IMG/VR virus record: IMGVR_UViG_3300025131_000005
Direction: 5' to 3' (one strand)
From: a virus
Length of the DNA: 64,000 bases
Part shown: positions 8,729 to 16,846 of the stretch, piece by piece
Layout: the number at the start of each line of letters is the position of its first letter
Numbering within the stretch: position 1 is the stretch's first letter
Position numbers and translations under genes: made by a program
The notes under the pieces: model-generated
Told to the model about the DNA's origin: nothing
The model's input: the letters and a program-made list of their open reading frames with translations, nothing else
Databases searched by the model: none

Positions 8729-9130
8729 ATGGGAAAATATTTTGATACAATAATTTTAAGCGGGGGTTTTGATCCAGTGGAGCAGAAACACCTAAATATG
8801 TTTAGGTCCGCTTCCCAGCTAGCTTGCAAGGTAGTGGTCGGGCTCAATTCTGACGAGTGGCTACAAAAGCACAAGGGGGCACTCAACACTCCTTTCCTTG
8901 CGCGTAAGGAAGCCCTAGAAGCTCTAGAAAATGTACACGAGGTTCTATCTTTTGATGATAGCGATGGAACAGCACAGGCTCTCATAAGTAGCTTAGATGC
9001 AGCGTACCCCACTCACGATTTGGCGTTTGGTAACGGGGGCAACCGCAAGATACAGAATACCCCAGAAGTAGAAATTTGTCAGAAGCTTGGCATTGCTCAA
9101 GTGTGGGGTGTGGGGAATTGTTTTGATTAG
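8729..9130 (+). CDS. Cytidylyltransferase-like protein (HxGH family, degenerate motif)
   Basis: SGGFDP, VVGLNSDEWL, VLSFDDSDGTA and FGNGGNR motifs. The HxGH position reads EQKH. Confidence 0.85.
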   Translation: MGKYFDTIILSGGFDPVEQKHLNMFRSASQLACKVVVGLNSDEWLQKHKGALNTPFLARKEALEALENVHEVLSFDDSDGTAQALISSLDAAYPTHDLAFGNGGNRKIQNTPEVEICQKLGIAQVWGVGNCFD

Positions 9131-9138
9131 GAGGAACT

Positions 9139-9246
9139 ATGTTTGAAATGTTTGAAGGAACATCGATGTTATTTGCCTTGTTAGGTATCAATATATTTAT
9201 GTTATATATGGTTAGGCACGTGATAAGGGATAACAAAGATGAATGA
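9139..9246 (+). CDS. 35-aa single-TM microprotein
   Basis: SD AGGAGG. Confidence 0.55.
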   Translation: MFEMFEGTSMLFALLGINIFMLYMVRHVIRDNKDE

Positions 9247-9373
9247 AGAAGACCTAGAGATTGATATTGAAGATATTGATCTGGCAGACTTAGATTTGCT
9301 GATTGACGATGATTGGATAAGTAGCATCGAAGGTACAGGCAGCATTCAGATCGATTTGGATTATTTGGATTGA
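9239..9373 (+). CDS. 44-aa hyperacidic microprotein
   Basis: Coupled ORF with 17 of 44 residues D/E and no K/R. Confidence 0.5.
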   Translation: MNEEDLEIDIEDIDLADLDLLIDDDWISSIEGTGSIQIDLDYLD

Positions 9374-9375
9374 AG

Positions 9376-9576
9376 ATGAAAGTTGGTGACTTAGTTAAAG
9401 ATATTTATTCTCATGTTTTGGGATTGATAATCGACATCCAAGAAAAACCAACTGGCGCGGATATTTATACAAAAGCGCATATTCTATGGGTCGACCCAGG
9501 GGATGAAATGAAACTTACCACTCCACGAAGTTGGCGAAGGGAAATGCAAATAGAGACCATCAATGAAGCAGGGTGA
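9376..9576 (+). CDS. KOW/SH3-like mini-protein (MKVGDLV family)
   Basis: MKVGDLVK...ETINEAG. Confidence 0.7.
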   Translation: MKVGDLVKDIYSHVLGLIIDIQEKPTGADIYTKAHILWVDPGDEMKLTTPRSWRREMQIETINEAG

Positions 9577-9838
9577 TTTAGTAAGATGTATCTGGTGTCC
9601 TTTTACAGACGGAGGAACACCAACAGATCATCCTCTTTTTGCTCGAAGTCCAGAGTGGGAGGGAACATATAAATTAACGCGACCTATTAAAAATGAGTTA
9701 GGAATAATTCTATGCGTCGATCCATATCCTCACAATGATTTTACTACAAACAAAGGTAAAAAGATACACATTTGTTTTTTTAACGGAGTCCGATGGGCTC
9801 TCTATAAAGAACAACTCACATTGCTTAATGCATCTTAA
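9563..9838 (+). CDS. KOW/SH3-like mini-protein
   Basis: MKQGDLVR; 14-nt overlap with the previous gene. Confidence 0.7.
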   Translation: MKQGDLVRCIWCPFTDGGTPTDHPLFARSPEWEGTYKLTRPIKNELGIILCVDPYPHNDFTTNKGKKIHICFFNGVRWALYKEQLTLLNAS

Positions 9839-9864
9839 AAAGATTAAAAACTATTTATATTATT

Positions 9865-10599
9865 ATGAAACTTCTACTTGAAAACTGGCGAAAGTATCTC
9901 TCAGAATCAAAGGCAGAGATAAATAATGAGCTTTCAGAGATAGCATTTAACACGATGTCTGCGATGTCTGTGTTTCGCGACGACGGCAACCTCTCAGAAG
10001 CGGAAGCAGCGGATCTCCAATATCTTGCAAGCAATGCTGCGAATCCAGATGCAGAAGTTGTTGATAGATTTTATGACTCATTATACGGTGGAAAGCGAGC
10101 CGGTTTCCTCTCCGCTTATTCGCGTGACGAGTTGGCTAGAATGGATTTATATCTCTTAGACGGACACAACGCAGGCTTCGCCATTAAGGATGGTGACGAT
10201 ATTGTTAGCGTCCACAATAACTCTGAGCTAAGAGGTTTGGGAAGCGAATTTATGAGAAAAGCCAAAGAGGTTGGAGGCGCAAGACTAGATCATTTTGATG
10301 GTTTTTTGAGTGGCTTGTATAGAAAATACGGCTTCAATAATGTGTATGAAGTATATCAGTGGGATGAAAAATATAAACCTGCAAAATGGAACTATGACGA
10401 GGTAGACATTTTGAATCCACAAAATAGTATATATGCAGACGCACTTGACGATATGATGTACGAAGATCCTGGTGCTCTCCCAAATGAAGAAGTCGACATC
10501 AAAGCTGAAAGCGGACTGGATATTGACATTAACCCGAAATTAAAATATAATAGTTACAAATATGGACGCCCTGATGTAATCATGAGAAAACTATCTTAA
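9865..10599 (+). CDS. MKLLLENWRKYL-leader protein with GNAT-like domain
   Basis: Shared leader. GFAIK...DIVSVHN...GLG...LDHFDGFLSGLYRKYGF resembles a GNAT fold. Confidence 0.6.
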   Translation: MKLLLENWRKYLSESKAEINNELSEIAFNTMSAMSVFRDDGNLSEAEAADLQYLASNAANPDAEVVDRFYDSLYGGKRAGFLSAYSRDELARMDLYLLDGHNAGFAIKDGDDIVSVHNNSELRGLGSEFMRKAKEVGGARLDHFDGFLSGLYRKYGFNNVYEVYQWDEKYKPAKWNYDEVDILNPQNSIYADALDDMMYEDPGALPNEEVDIKAESGLDIDINPKLKYNSYKYGRPDVIMRKLS

Positions 10600-10618
10600 T
10601 TTTAAATTCGGAGAAACA

Positions 10619-10837
10619 ATGAAGAAAGAAATACTTTATAAAGTACATGAAGGCTGTTATTTTAAGAAAGAAGAACTCACAGCCATGTGGTCGGAGAAAT
10701 ACAGTGATCCTAAGTTGGATCAAGAATGTTATTTGGTAAGAGTGATGCTCAAAAATAATTCTACTATATTAACTATCGCACATTCTCCCTCTAAGGAAGA
10801 GGCAGACAAGACGATTAAAGAAATAAATAAGACTTGA
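10619..10837 (+). CDS. Hypothetical protein
   Basis: SD GGAGA. Confidence 0.6.
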   Translation: MKKEILYKVHEGCYFKKEELTAMWSEKYSDPKLDQECYLVRVMLKNNSTILTIAHSPSKEEADKTIKEINKT

Positions 10838-10868
10838 CTCTTTAGCAAAAAATATTTATAATAGAAGA

Positions 10869-11069
10869 ATGGAAAAAGGAATTTTAAAAGTAGGGGATTT
10901 GGTAAAATCCAAATGGTGTACTGATTACAATGAAAATGATTACGGAATTGTTAAGTGTGTATCAAAATCCAAGTCCCATGGCTATGTAGCGGTAGCGTGG
11001 ACTGATGATTTTTTTAGTGAGTGGCAAGCTGAAGGATCTTTGGATCTAATAAGCGATGGAACATCTTAA
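10869..11069 (+). CDS. KOW/SH3-like mini-protein
   Basis: LKVGDLVKSK; TTGACT-17-TATAAT promoter at 10834-62. Confidence 0.7.
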   Translation: MEKGILKVGDLVKSKWCTDYNENDYGIVKCVSKSKSHGYVAVAWTDDFFSEWQAEGSLDLISDGTS

Positions 11070-11359
11070 TGAAAAGCGAGACCTTAAAGTTAGCTTGGTT
11101 TCTTATTGCTTATATTTTTAATTTTGGTGATGCTATCTTTACAATGTATGCTATATCTATGGGGGCAACCGAGTTAAATCCTGTTATGGCATATGCTCTA
11201 GACATCGATCCTGTATTTTTTCTATGCGTAAAGGTATTGGTTTTTGCATTGGCGCTCGAATATATTGTGCGGAGGGCACCGAGGCTATTGATTTACACTG
11301 CTATTCTCTATACTTTTGTAATGGGTTGGCATCTATCTTTTTGGATGGGGATTTGGTAA
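11069..11359 (+). CDS. Membrane protein, DUF5658-like
   Basis: DAIFT...GATELNPVM motif and three hydrophobic segments. Confidence 0.65.
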   Translation: MKSETLKLAWFLIAYIFNFGDAIFTMYAISMGATELNPVMAYALDIDPVFFLCVKVLVFALALEYIVRRAPRLLIYTAILYTFVMGWHLSFWMGIW

Positions 11360-11593
11360 ATGAAAATCGGTGACTTGATCAAGGTAGCTTTTTGCCCCCC
11401 TCCTGAGAGCAGCTTTTATAACTGCGGGTGCTTTTTCTGCTCTAACAAGAGCAATCGTATGGGGATAATCAAAAAGATACAGCAATCGGAGACGTCTGCT
11501 GCAAAGGCGTATACCGTTCAGTTCGATATAGGCGAGTGGATAGTCTTTGAAGAAGAAATGGAGCTAGTAAGCGTCTTAAATGAGAGTGAGTAG
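11360..11593 (+). CDS. KOW/SH3-like mini-protein
   Basis: MKIGDLIKV. Confidence 0.7.
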   Translation: MKIGDLIKVAFCPPPESSFYNCGCFFCSNKSNRMGIIKKIQQSETSAAKAYTVQFDIGEWIVFEEEMELVSVLNESE

Positions 11594-11601
11594 ATATTTT
11601 C

Positions 11602-11630
11602 CTTGACTTCGCTCAAGCGGTTCTTACAGT
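11602..11630 (+). promoter_or_regulatory. Class-B promoter
   Basis: TTGACT 11603-08, 16 bp spacer, TACAGT 11625-30. Confidence 0.65.
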
Positions 11631-11636
11631 ATATAC

Positions 11637-11852
11637 ATGCAAAAGAAAAGTCCACAACTTGGTGACTTGGTGATGTTCGATGAGTACAACAATAGCCTTA
11701 ACACACCTTGGCAGCATCAACTTGGCATCATTACTGAGATGCGACCGCACAAGCGATGTGTGGTACGTTGGCCCGATGGCGGCACCAGTATGCCTGAACT
11801 GCGAATTTTAGATATCCTAAATGAATGTGAGGGAGCGAGCAAGAACAAATGA
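11637..11852 (+). CDS. KOW/SH3-like mini-protein
   Basis: PQLGDLVMF...LGIIT...VRW. Confidence 0.65.
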   Translation: MQKKSPQLGDLVMFDEYNNSLNTPWQHQLGIITEMRPHKRCVVRWPDGGTSMPELRILDILNECEGASKNK

Positions 11853-12121
11853 GTTCAAAAAATACAAAGAAACCATGGTTTCTTTATGTAGTACGGTGTA
11901 GCGATGATACATTTTATACGGGAGTGACAAGTAATATTGACCGTCGTGTTAACGAGCACAACCATTCATCCAATGGAGCAAAATATACAAAGACACGAAG
12001 ACCGGTTCAGTTAATTTACTGGAGAGATTTCAAGGATCGATCGGCAGCACAAAAAGCTGAATATAAGTTTAAGAAATTAACTCGATGCCAAAAAGAGAAA
12101 ATCATAAATGAATATCTATAA
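11849..12121 (+). CDS. GIY-YIG nuclease (UPF0213-like)
   Basis: LYVVRCSDDTFYTGVT...RRVNEHN...GAKYTKTRRPVQL. Confidence 0.92.
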   Translation: MSSKNTKKPWFLYVVRCSDDTFYTGVTSNIDRRVNEHNHSSNGAKYTKTRRPVQLIYWRDFKDRSAAQKAEYKFKKLTRCQKEKIINEYL

Positions 12122-12320
12122 AGTATTAACAGTTAGTTTGTTTCTCATAACTCTTCTTCTGATATATAATGGTTACGAGAAGAAGCGAGCGCTGGACTCT
12201 TGTATAAACGATGTTACGCAAAAATGTTCAGGTTTATTTTCCTATGCTTCTGCGCTGGAAGAAGAGAATGCCAGACTGAACAAGCTCATTCGAGATTGTA
12301 GAGCTAATGAAAGCAGGTGA
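12108..12320 (+). CDS. N-terminal TM plus coiled-coil protein
   Basis: Hydrophobic N-terminus; ends in the array junction tail ANESR. Confidence 0.6.
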   Translation: MNIYKVLTVSLFLITLLLIYNGYEKKRALDSCINDVTQKCSGLFSYASALEEENARLNKLIRDCRANESR

Positions 12321-12510
12321 TCTAGTGAGGATCAATCGTCCAAGCTCCGAGATGACCCACGGATCCCTTGGTTTAATAATTGAATTATGTGCGCCAGGTG
12401 CTCATCACCAAAATGATTTGTGGAGAATCCTGCTTTGTGATAATACAAAAAGGACATCTCAATTGCTTTTTGTAGCCCAGAACTTGGTGATAGTCAGTGA
12501 AAGTAGGTGA
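12307..12510 (+). CDS. KOW/SH3-like mini-protein
   Basis: MKAGDLVRI...IVSESR. Confidence 0.75.
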   Translation: MKAGDLVRINRPSSEMTHGSLGLIIELCAPGAHHQNDLWRILLCDNTKRTSQLLFVAQNLVIVSESR

Positions 12511-12664
12511 TTTGGTCAAATGTAAAGATGACCGTAACTTATATTTTGGCTATGGTATGATTTTGGAAGCTGAATCTCGTATGATTCTTGTCCGCTGGTT
12601 TGAAGATAATAACGAAGAATGGGTTTGGAAAATTAGTTTAGAGGTAGTCAGTGAAAGTAGGTGA
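12497..12664 (+). CDS. KOW/SH3-like mini-protein (55 aa, below ORF-track cutoff)
   Basis: MKVGDLVKCKDD...EVVSESR. Confidence 0.75.
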   Translation: MKVGDLVKCKDDRNLYFGYGMILEAESRMILVRWFEDNNEEWVWKISLEVVSESR

Positions 12665-12833
12665 TTTAATTAGAGATAGAGACTATCCAGATGATTGCCC
12701 AGGCATAATCGTTCGTATAGATGATCGAAGAAAATCAAGACCGTATATTGTTTTGTGTTCCGATGGAGTTTGTAGGTCATTTCCGAAGCGCTACGTTGAA
12801 ACCGATTGCGAAATTGTAAGTGAAAATAGGTGA
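12651..12833 (+). CDS. KOW/SH3-like mini-protein
   Basis: MKVGDLIRD...EIVSENR. Confidence 0.75.
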   Translation: MKVGDLIRDRDYPDDCPGIIVRIDDRRKSRPYIVLCSDGVCRSFPKRYVETDCEIVSENR

Positions 12834-13023
12834 CCTAGTGTCCATACGACCTATTTTTGGTCGCCCCCTTGACAAAACCATCGGCGTTGTTATACTTGAA
12901 GCAGAATACGAGGGATATAAGGGACCTAAACCGATGAGGACGTTTTGCATTCAGTGGTTTGCAGACAGACCGCAGCAATGGTGGGACGAAGACGATTTGG
13001 AGATTGTAAGTGAAAGTCGGTGA
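12820..13023 (+). CDS. KOW/SH3-like mini-protein
   Basis: MKIGDLVSI...EIVSESR. Confidence 0.75.
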   Translation: MKIGDLVSIRPIFGRPLDKTIGVVILEAEYEGYKGPKPMRTFCIQWFADRPQQWWDEDDLEIVSESR

Positions 13024-13186
13024 TTTGGTTCAAATTTTACCTGCTCGCATCAGTCACTATATTATAGTTGATAGATGCGTTGATCAACAATACGGTACTC
13101 CGCAATGGATTCTCTATTCGTTGGATGATACAGGAGGAATAACAATGTCCGAGTCATGGATCGAGGTTGTCAGTGAAAGTCGGTGA
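13010..13186 (+). CDS. KOW/SH3-like mini-protein (58 aa)
   Basis: MKVGDLVQIL...EVVSESR. Confidence 0.75.
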   Translation: MKVGDLVQILPARISHYIIVDRCVDQQYGTPQWILYSLDDTGGITMSESWIEVVSESR

Positions 13187-13373
13187 TTTGGTTAGAGATA
13201 ACGGAGATAATGATTTGGGTCTTGTCGTGAGCGAGGTTCGTTCTTATGATTTGGATGGAGAAGAGGGCGCAGAGTATGTCTGGGTCCAATGGAGCGAGTA
13301 CGAAAACCCACAAAGAATGGCGCTGAAAGCAATAGTCGACGGCTGGGTTGAGGTAATCAGTGAAAGTCGGTGA
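13173..13373 (+). CDS. KOW/SH3-like mini-protein
   Basis: MKVGDLVRD...EVISESR. Confidence 0.75.
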   Translation: MKVGDLVRDNGDNDLGLVVSEVRSYDLDGEEGAEYVWVQWSEYENPQRMALKAIVDGWVEVISESR

Positions 13374-13569
13374 TTTAGTTCGTTTTTCAAAACATAATAT
13401 GTATAACAAAAAGTTAGACATTAAATGGGGCTTGGGCTTGGTTACCGAGGTATATAGCGACCATGGTCGTGATAATGACGATCATGATGTGGAAGTTTGG
13501 TGGGCTAAGGTTGGTACTTCGCGAACGATAGCAGAAGATGTCATGGAGATAGTTAATGAAGCTCGGTGA
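13360..13569 (+). CDS. KOW/SH3-like mini-protein
   Basis: MKVGDLVRF...EIVNEAR. Confidence 0.75.
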   Translation: MKVGDLVRFSKHNMYNKKLDIKWGLGLVTEVYSDHGRDNDDHDVEVWWAKVGTSRTIAEDVMEIVNEAR

Positions 13570-13738
13570 TTTAGTGGGGTTCGGTGATCGCACAGGCATC
13601 ATCGTCGAGGATCATACAATGTGGTGTACCTACGCCAATGATGAGCCATATCTAATGGGTGCAATGGTGGTTTATATTGAGGGTCGGCTTCGACGTGTGG
13701 TATATAAGAATCTGAGGCTGCTTAATGAAAGTCGGTGA
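13556..13738 (+). CDS. KOW/SH3-like mini-protein
   Basis: MKLGDLVGF...LLNESR. Confidence 0.75.
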   Translation: MKLGDLVGFGDRTGIIVEDHTMWCTYANDEPYLMGAMVVYIEGRLRRVVYKNLRLLNESR

Positions 13739-13931
13739 TTTAGTTCAATATCATGCTCGTGAAGAAGAGGAGGACACACTAGGCATTATTATAAAAGAAG
13801 AAGTTCAGCGAAACTATCTTGGAGAGCCAAAATTTTTTGTTGAGGTTCACTGGTTCGACAATGATGAAACAACTTATGAACACGCTGATATCCTTCTTGA
13901 TCCGGCTGAAGAGTGGATATGGGTAATATAA
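13725..13931 (+). CDS. KOW/SH3-like mini-protein
   Basis: MKVGDLVQY. Confidence 0.75.
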   Translation: MKVGDLVQYHAREEEEDTLGIIIKEEVQRNYLGEPKFFVEVHWFDNDETTYEHADILLDPAEEWIWVI

Positions 13932-14092
13932 TGAAAGTCGGTGATTTGATTGAATGCCCCGCAGGAATTGGGTTGATAACTGACGCCAATACTGTCAAAC
14001 AAGGTGGATATGTTTTTGTGCATTTTCTCGGTGGATGGGGCAATGTCGTTGTCTATTGTAATACATTGAAGGTGATAAGTGAAAGTCGGTGA
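13931..14092 (+). CDS. KOW/SH3-like mini-protein (53 aa)
   Basis: MKVGDLIEC...KVISESR. Confidence 0.75.
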   Translation: MKVGDLIECPAGIGLITDANTVKQGGYVFVHFLGGWGNVVVYCNTLKVISESR

Positions 14093-14123
14093 TTTGGTAA
14101 AACCTGTACCATGTTACCCTTGA
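14079..14123 (+). pseudogene. Truncated KOW-module stub MKVGDLVKPVPCYP*
   Basis: Stop TGA lies inside the next promoter's TTGACT. Confidence 0.6.
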
Positions 14124-14147
14124 CTTTCCGAATACCGTACCTATAGT
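14119..14147 (+). promoter_or_regulatory. Class-B promoter
   Basis: TTGACT 14120-25, 16 bp spacer, TATAGT 14142-47. Confidence 0.7.
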
Positions 14148-14181
14148 TAGAGCGTAACTGCTTACAAAAGGAGACAAGAAG

Positions 14182-14991
14182 ATGGTCTGGATGAAAGATC
14201 CAAAAACCGGCCGGAGCAAGAGAACGGTTCATTGTGGCTGGTGCTATGAAACAGGACACAACCGTGCGAGCTGCCCCCACTTAGGGGAAGCCATGAAGAA
14301 AAGAGTCGAGGATCTTAAAAAGCAAATTGAAAGAGGCGTGTTCGAGAATTCTTATTGGGATGAATCGAAGGCCAGATATGAGATAGACCGCGTAGAAAAA
14401 AGATATGGTAGAGGCAAAACGCGCAAGAAAAGTACGTGTTCTTATTGTGAAGATGAAGGGCACAATAGAAGGTCATGCGAATTTCGTAAGAGTGATGTGC
14501 GTGCAGACGTTCAGAAAACCTTGTCGGCACGCAAAGAAATCGCGACCCGATTAGACCTTTCGGGATTTGGTCCCGGTGCTCTCGTCATTATCCATAAAAA
14601 ATGGGGTGACGAGCCAGGAGAACAGCCTGCTTTGGTGGACAGTATCAATTTTGTTGCCATTACTCATGAAAATGTTTTCGGTGGCAATCATGATTTTACA
14701 AGATTAGCAATTGCTAGAGGGTTCCCTACAGAGGATTACCCAAAAGGGCGAACCTATCCAATTTCACTGCCTTTAGATGTAGTTGATATTCATAATCGCG
14801 CAACCAAGGCAAAACTTCACTGCTATACACAGTTTGATGCTTATGAATTGGTATCTCCTGTTAATGTCTCAGTCCCAGATGAGTTTTTAACTCTAGAGGG
14901 TTGTTCAAGGGGTGTTCGTTTGTCGGGCAAGTTTGAAGGGCGACGACCTCTCGAATATAGCAATCCGCACTATCCACCAGAGGAGGAATAA
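14182..14991 (+). CDS. Protein with two CCHC zinc knuckles
   Basis: CGWCYETGHNRASC and CSYCEDEGHNRRSC (CX2CX4HX4C); SD AGGAG. Confidence 0.8.
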   Translation: MVWMKDPKTGRSKRTVHCGWCYETGHNRASCPHLGEAMKKRVEDLKKQIERGVFENSYWDESKARYEIDRVEKRYGRGKTRKKSTCSYCEDEGHNRRSCEFRKSDVRADVQKTLSARKEIATRLDLSGFGPGALVIIHKKWGDEPGEQPALVDSINFVAITHENVFGGNHDFTRLAIARGFPTEDYPKGRTYPISLPLDVVDIHNRATKAKLHCYTQFDAYELVSPVNVSVPDEFLTLEGCSRGVRLSGKFEGRRPLEYSNPHYPPEEE

Positions 14992-14993
14992 TA

Positions 14994-15254
14994 ATGACTT
15001 TGAAAGAAGCACATAAGCTACAACCTGGCGCAATCGTTAGGGAATCTTGGGGGCATGCCTGGAATCAAGGGCTTGTCTTGGCTAAAACATATGTGAAGGA
15101 AACTCATAGAGCCAAGATGCTATGCCAAATGAAAGAGGAACGCTATGATGTTGTGGTTCATTGGCTAAAAGGTCCGAGGACAGGAGCCAGGGAGACAAAT
15201 CCAAACACCTATCAAAATTGGGAACTGATGCTTCTTTCTCATTATGTCCCTTGA
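14994..15254 (+). CDS. KOW/SH3-like protein (divergent)
   Basis: LQPGAIVRE...GLVL...VVVHW. Confidence 0.6.
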   Translation: MTLKEAHKLQPGAIVRESWGHAWNQGLVLAKTYVKETHRAKMLCQMKEERYDVVVHWLKGPRTGARETNPNTYQNWELMLLSHYVP

Positions 15255-15278
15255 CTTTGGAAAATCCGTCCCTATGGT
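15250..15278 (+). promoter_or_regulatory. Class-B promoter
   Basis: TTGACT 15251-56, 16 bp spacer, TATGGT 15273-78. Confidence 0.65.
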
Positions 15279-15311
15279 ATGGGCGTACCCTACTAACGAA
15301 GGAAAAGCAAA

Positions 15312-15686
15312 ATGGGTTATCGTTCAGAAGTAGTCTTCGCAGTTTCAGAAGAAGTGATTCCCGCTTTGATGTGTTTGTTCGCAAAGAAGCCAGAGGTGCA
15401 GAAGCTTTGCACTGTTGATTCAGAGCTAGATACTGACTACCAAGATGGTTGGCTAATGCGCTGGGACTATATCAAGTGGTACGAATCCGACACTGTGATA
15501 AATGATCTTGCGAGTTTCATCGAGGCTTTAGAATCTGATGACTTGTCTGATTATGGGTTAGATGACGACACGGACGGATGGTATCAACGGTTTAAGTTTA
15601 TCCGCATAGGCGAAGATTATGATGATGTGGAGTCTAAGGGATGCGGATTTGACGACATCCAATTGAACCGAGCAATTTCATATTAA
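15312..15686 (+). CDS. Acidic hypothetical protein (MGYRSEV family)
   Basis: SD AAGGA. Confidence 0.7.
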   Translation: MGYRSEVVFAVSEEVIPALMCLFAKKPEVQKLCTVDSELDTDYQDGWLMRWDYIKWYESDTVINDLASFIEALESDDLSDYGLDDDTDGWYQRFKFIRIGEDYDDVESKGCGFDDIQLNRAISY

Positions 15687-15689
15687 ATA

Positions 15690-15717
15690 TTGACTTTAGG
15701 TAATCCGTGCTTATAGT
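15690..15717 (+). promoter_or_regulatory. Class-B promoter
   Basis: TTGACT 15690-95, 16 bp spacer, TATAGT 15712-17. Confidence 0.7.
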
Positions 15718-15723
15718 TATATT

Positions 15724-16353
15724 GTGGGAGGATCATATTCAATGATACAGACTGAAAACGATAATTTTATCTCTAGGGTTAAGAAGCTTATAGATTCTCC
15801 TCATCTTTCGGATTGGGAGGAAGGCTTTTTGAGTTCTCTGAAGACCTCACTTGATAAATGGGGCAGACTAACAGCCCGACAGCATTCAGTATTGCAATCT
15901 ATTGAAAGCAAGAATGATCCTGCCCATGTGGCTGCTCGGAAGGCATGGGCAGAAAATTTCACTGATGAAATGCGTGAAAAGCTTGTGATTGCTGCTCGCT
16001 ACTACACACAGAATCCTCCTTACTTTGCAGATGCAGCGGAAAGAATTCTTTCCGATGATAAATACATGCCATCTCAAAAACTATATACCAAGATGGTTGA
16101 GAACAAATATGTCAACCGCGTCATCGCGAACATCGAATCTGAACCAACTTACCCAGCAGGTTCAATGGCTTGCGTCAGAGCAACTGCTAGCGGCTATCTG
16201 GGACGTTTGCGGAACAAATTGGTAATGGTAGTCGAATACCCTGACAAGTTGCCTCGTGCGGCCAAAGGTGCCAAACCTGTAGTGATTCTCCCGGTAGGTT
16301 CAACCGAGATGATTGAAACCGAAGAACGTTGGCTTAAACGTGCGAGTGTGTGA
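15724..16353 (+). CDS. Hypothetical protein
   Basis: Long ORF under its own promoter. Confidence 0.75.
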   Translation: MGGSYSMIQTENDNFISRVKKLIDSPHLSDWEEGFLSSLKTSLDKWGRLTARQHSVLQSIESKNDPAHVAARKAWAENFTDEMREKLVIAARYYTQNPPYFADAAERILSDDKYMPSQKLYTKMVENKYVNRVIANIESEPTYPAGSMACVRATASGYLGRLRNKLVMVVEYPDKLPRAAKGAKPVVILPVGSTEMIETEERWLKRASV

Positions 16354-16514
16354 TGAAAAAAGTATTTCAGTCCCTTGCAGGAATGGCATATGAATTGTTT
16401 GCACCCTTTGCTATTCTCTATTTAATATGCACCCTAATATGGGATCACCATCACATTACCAGAATGTGGTTTCACTTGCAGAGTTGGCTAGCTTCCGTGC
16501 TATGTGTGCTTTAA
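16353..16514 (+). CDS. 53-aa membrane protein
   Basis: TGATG-coupled ORF, hydrophobic. Confidence 0.5.
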   Translation: MKKVFQSLAGMAYELFAPFAILYLICTLIWDHHHITRMWFHLQSWLASVLCVL

Positions 16515-16545
16515 CTCGTTGAAATAATTAAAAAATATATTTTTT

Positions 16546-16574
16546 CTTTACTCATGAGATACTGTTCCTACAGT
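16546..16574 (+). promoter_or_regulatory. Class-B promoter of tRNA-Leu
   Basis: TTTACT 16547-52, 16 bp spacer, TACAGT 16569-74. Confidence 0.65.
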
Positions 16575-16586
16575 ATAGGAGATTAA

Positions 16587-16670
16587 AGCACTGTGGCGGA
16601 ATTGGCATACGCAACGGACTTAAAATCCGTCGCCCGTAAGGGATTGAGGGTTCAAGTCCCTCCAGTGCTA
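16587..16670 (+). tRNA. tRNA-Leu(UAA), CCA not encoded
   Basis: AGCACTG/CAGTGCT acceptor, D-loop AATTGGCATA, anticodon arm ACGGA-CTTAAAA-TCCGT, long variable arm, T-loop TTCAAGT. Confidence 0.95.
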
Positions 16671-16691
16671 CATTCACAAAAGGAGATAGAG

Positions 16692-16769
16692 GTGGATTTC
16701 ACTTTAATTACAATAGTTTACCCGGTAATGACGGCGTTGGTCCTGGCTTATCGAATTTTTGTTGCATAA
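16692..16769 (+). CDS. 25-aa TM microprotein
   Basis: SD AGGAG, GTG start. Confidence 0.45.
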   Translation: MDFTLITIVYPVMTALVLAYRIFVA

Positions 16770-16773
16770 AAAC

Positions 16774-16802
16774 CTTTACTTTGGTTTTTTCGTTCTTATA
16801 GT
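16774..16802 (+). promoter_or_regulatory. Class-B promoter of the AAA+ gene
   Basis: TTTACT 16775-80, 16 bp spacer, TATAGT 16797-802. Confidence 0.7.
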
Positions 16803-16846
16803 TTAAACATCAATGGAAGCTAATACTTATAGTATAGGAGAATAAA

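Larger units (their letters stand above)
12307..14123 (+). repeat. Array 1 of ten coupled KOW/SH3-like mini-genes plus a 14-aa stub
   Basis: Junction (A/G)TGAAA(G/A)TCGGTGA and close variants recur at 12307, 12497, 12651, 12820, 13010, 13173, 13360, 13556, 13725, 13931 and 14079. Confidence 0.9.

Noticed and set aside
12108-12320. i-spanin call
   Set aside because: Only a TM plus coil architecture; no nested o-spanin or endolysin nearby.
12497-14092. Regularly spaced short repeats resembling a CRISPR array
   Set aside because: Spacing is 150-210 nt and variable, the repeats are degenerate, and the intervening DNA is made of intact coupled ORFs.
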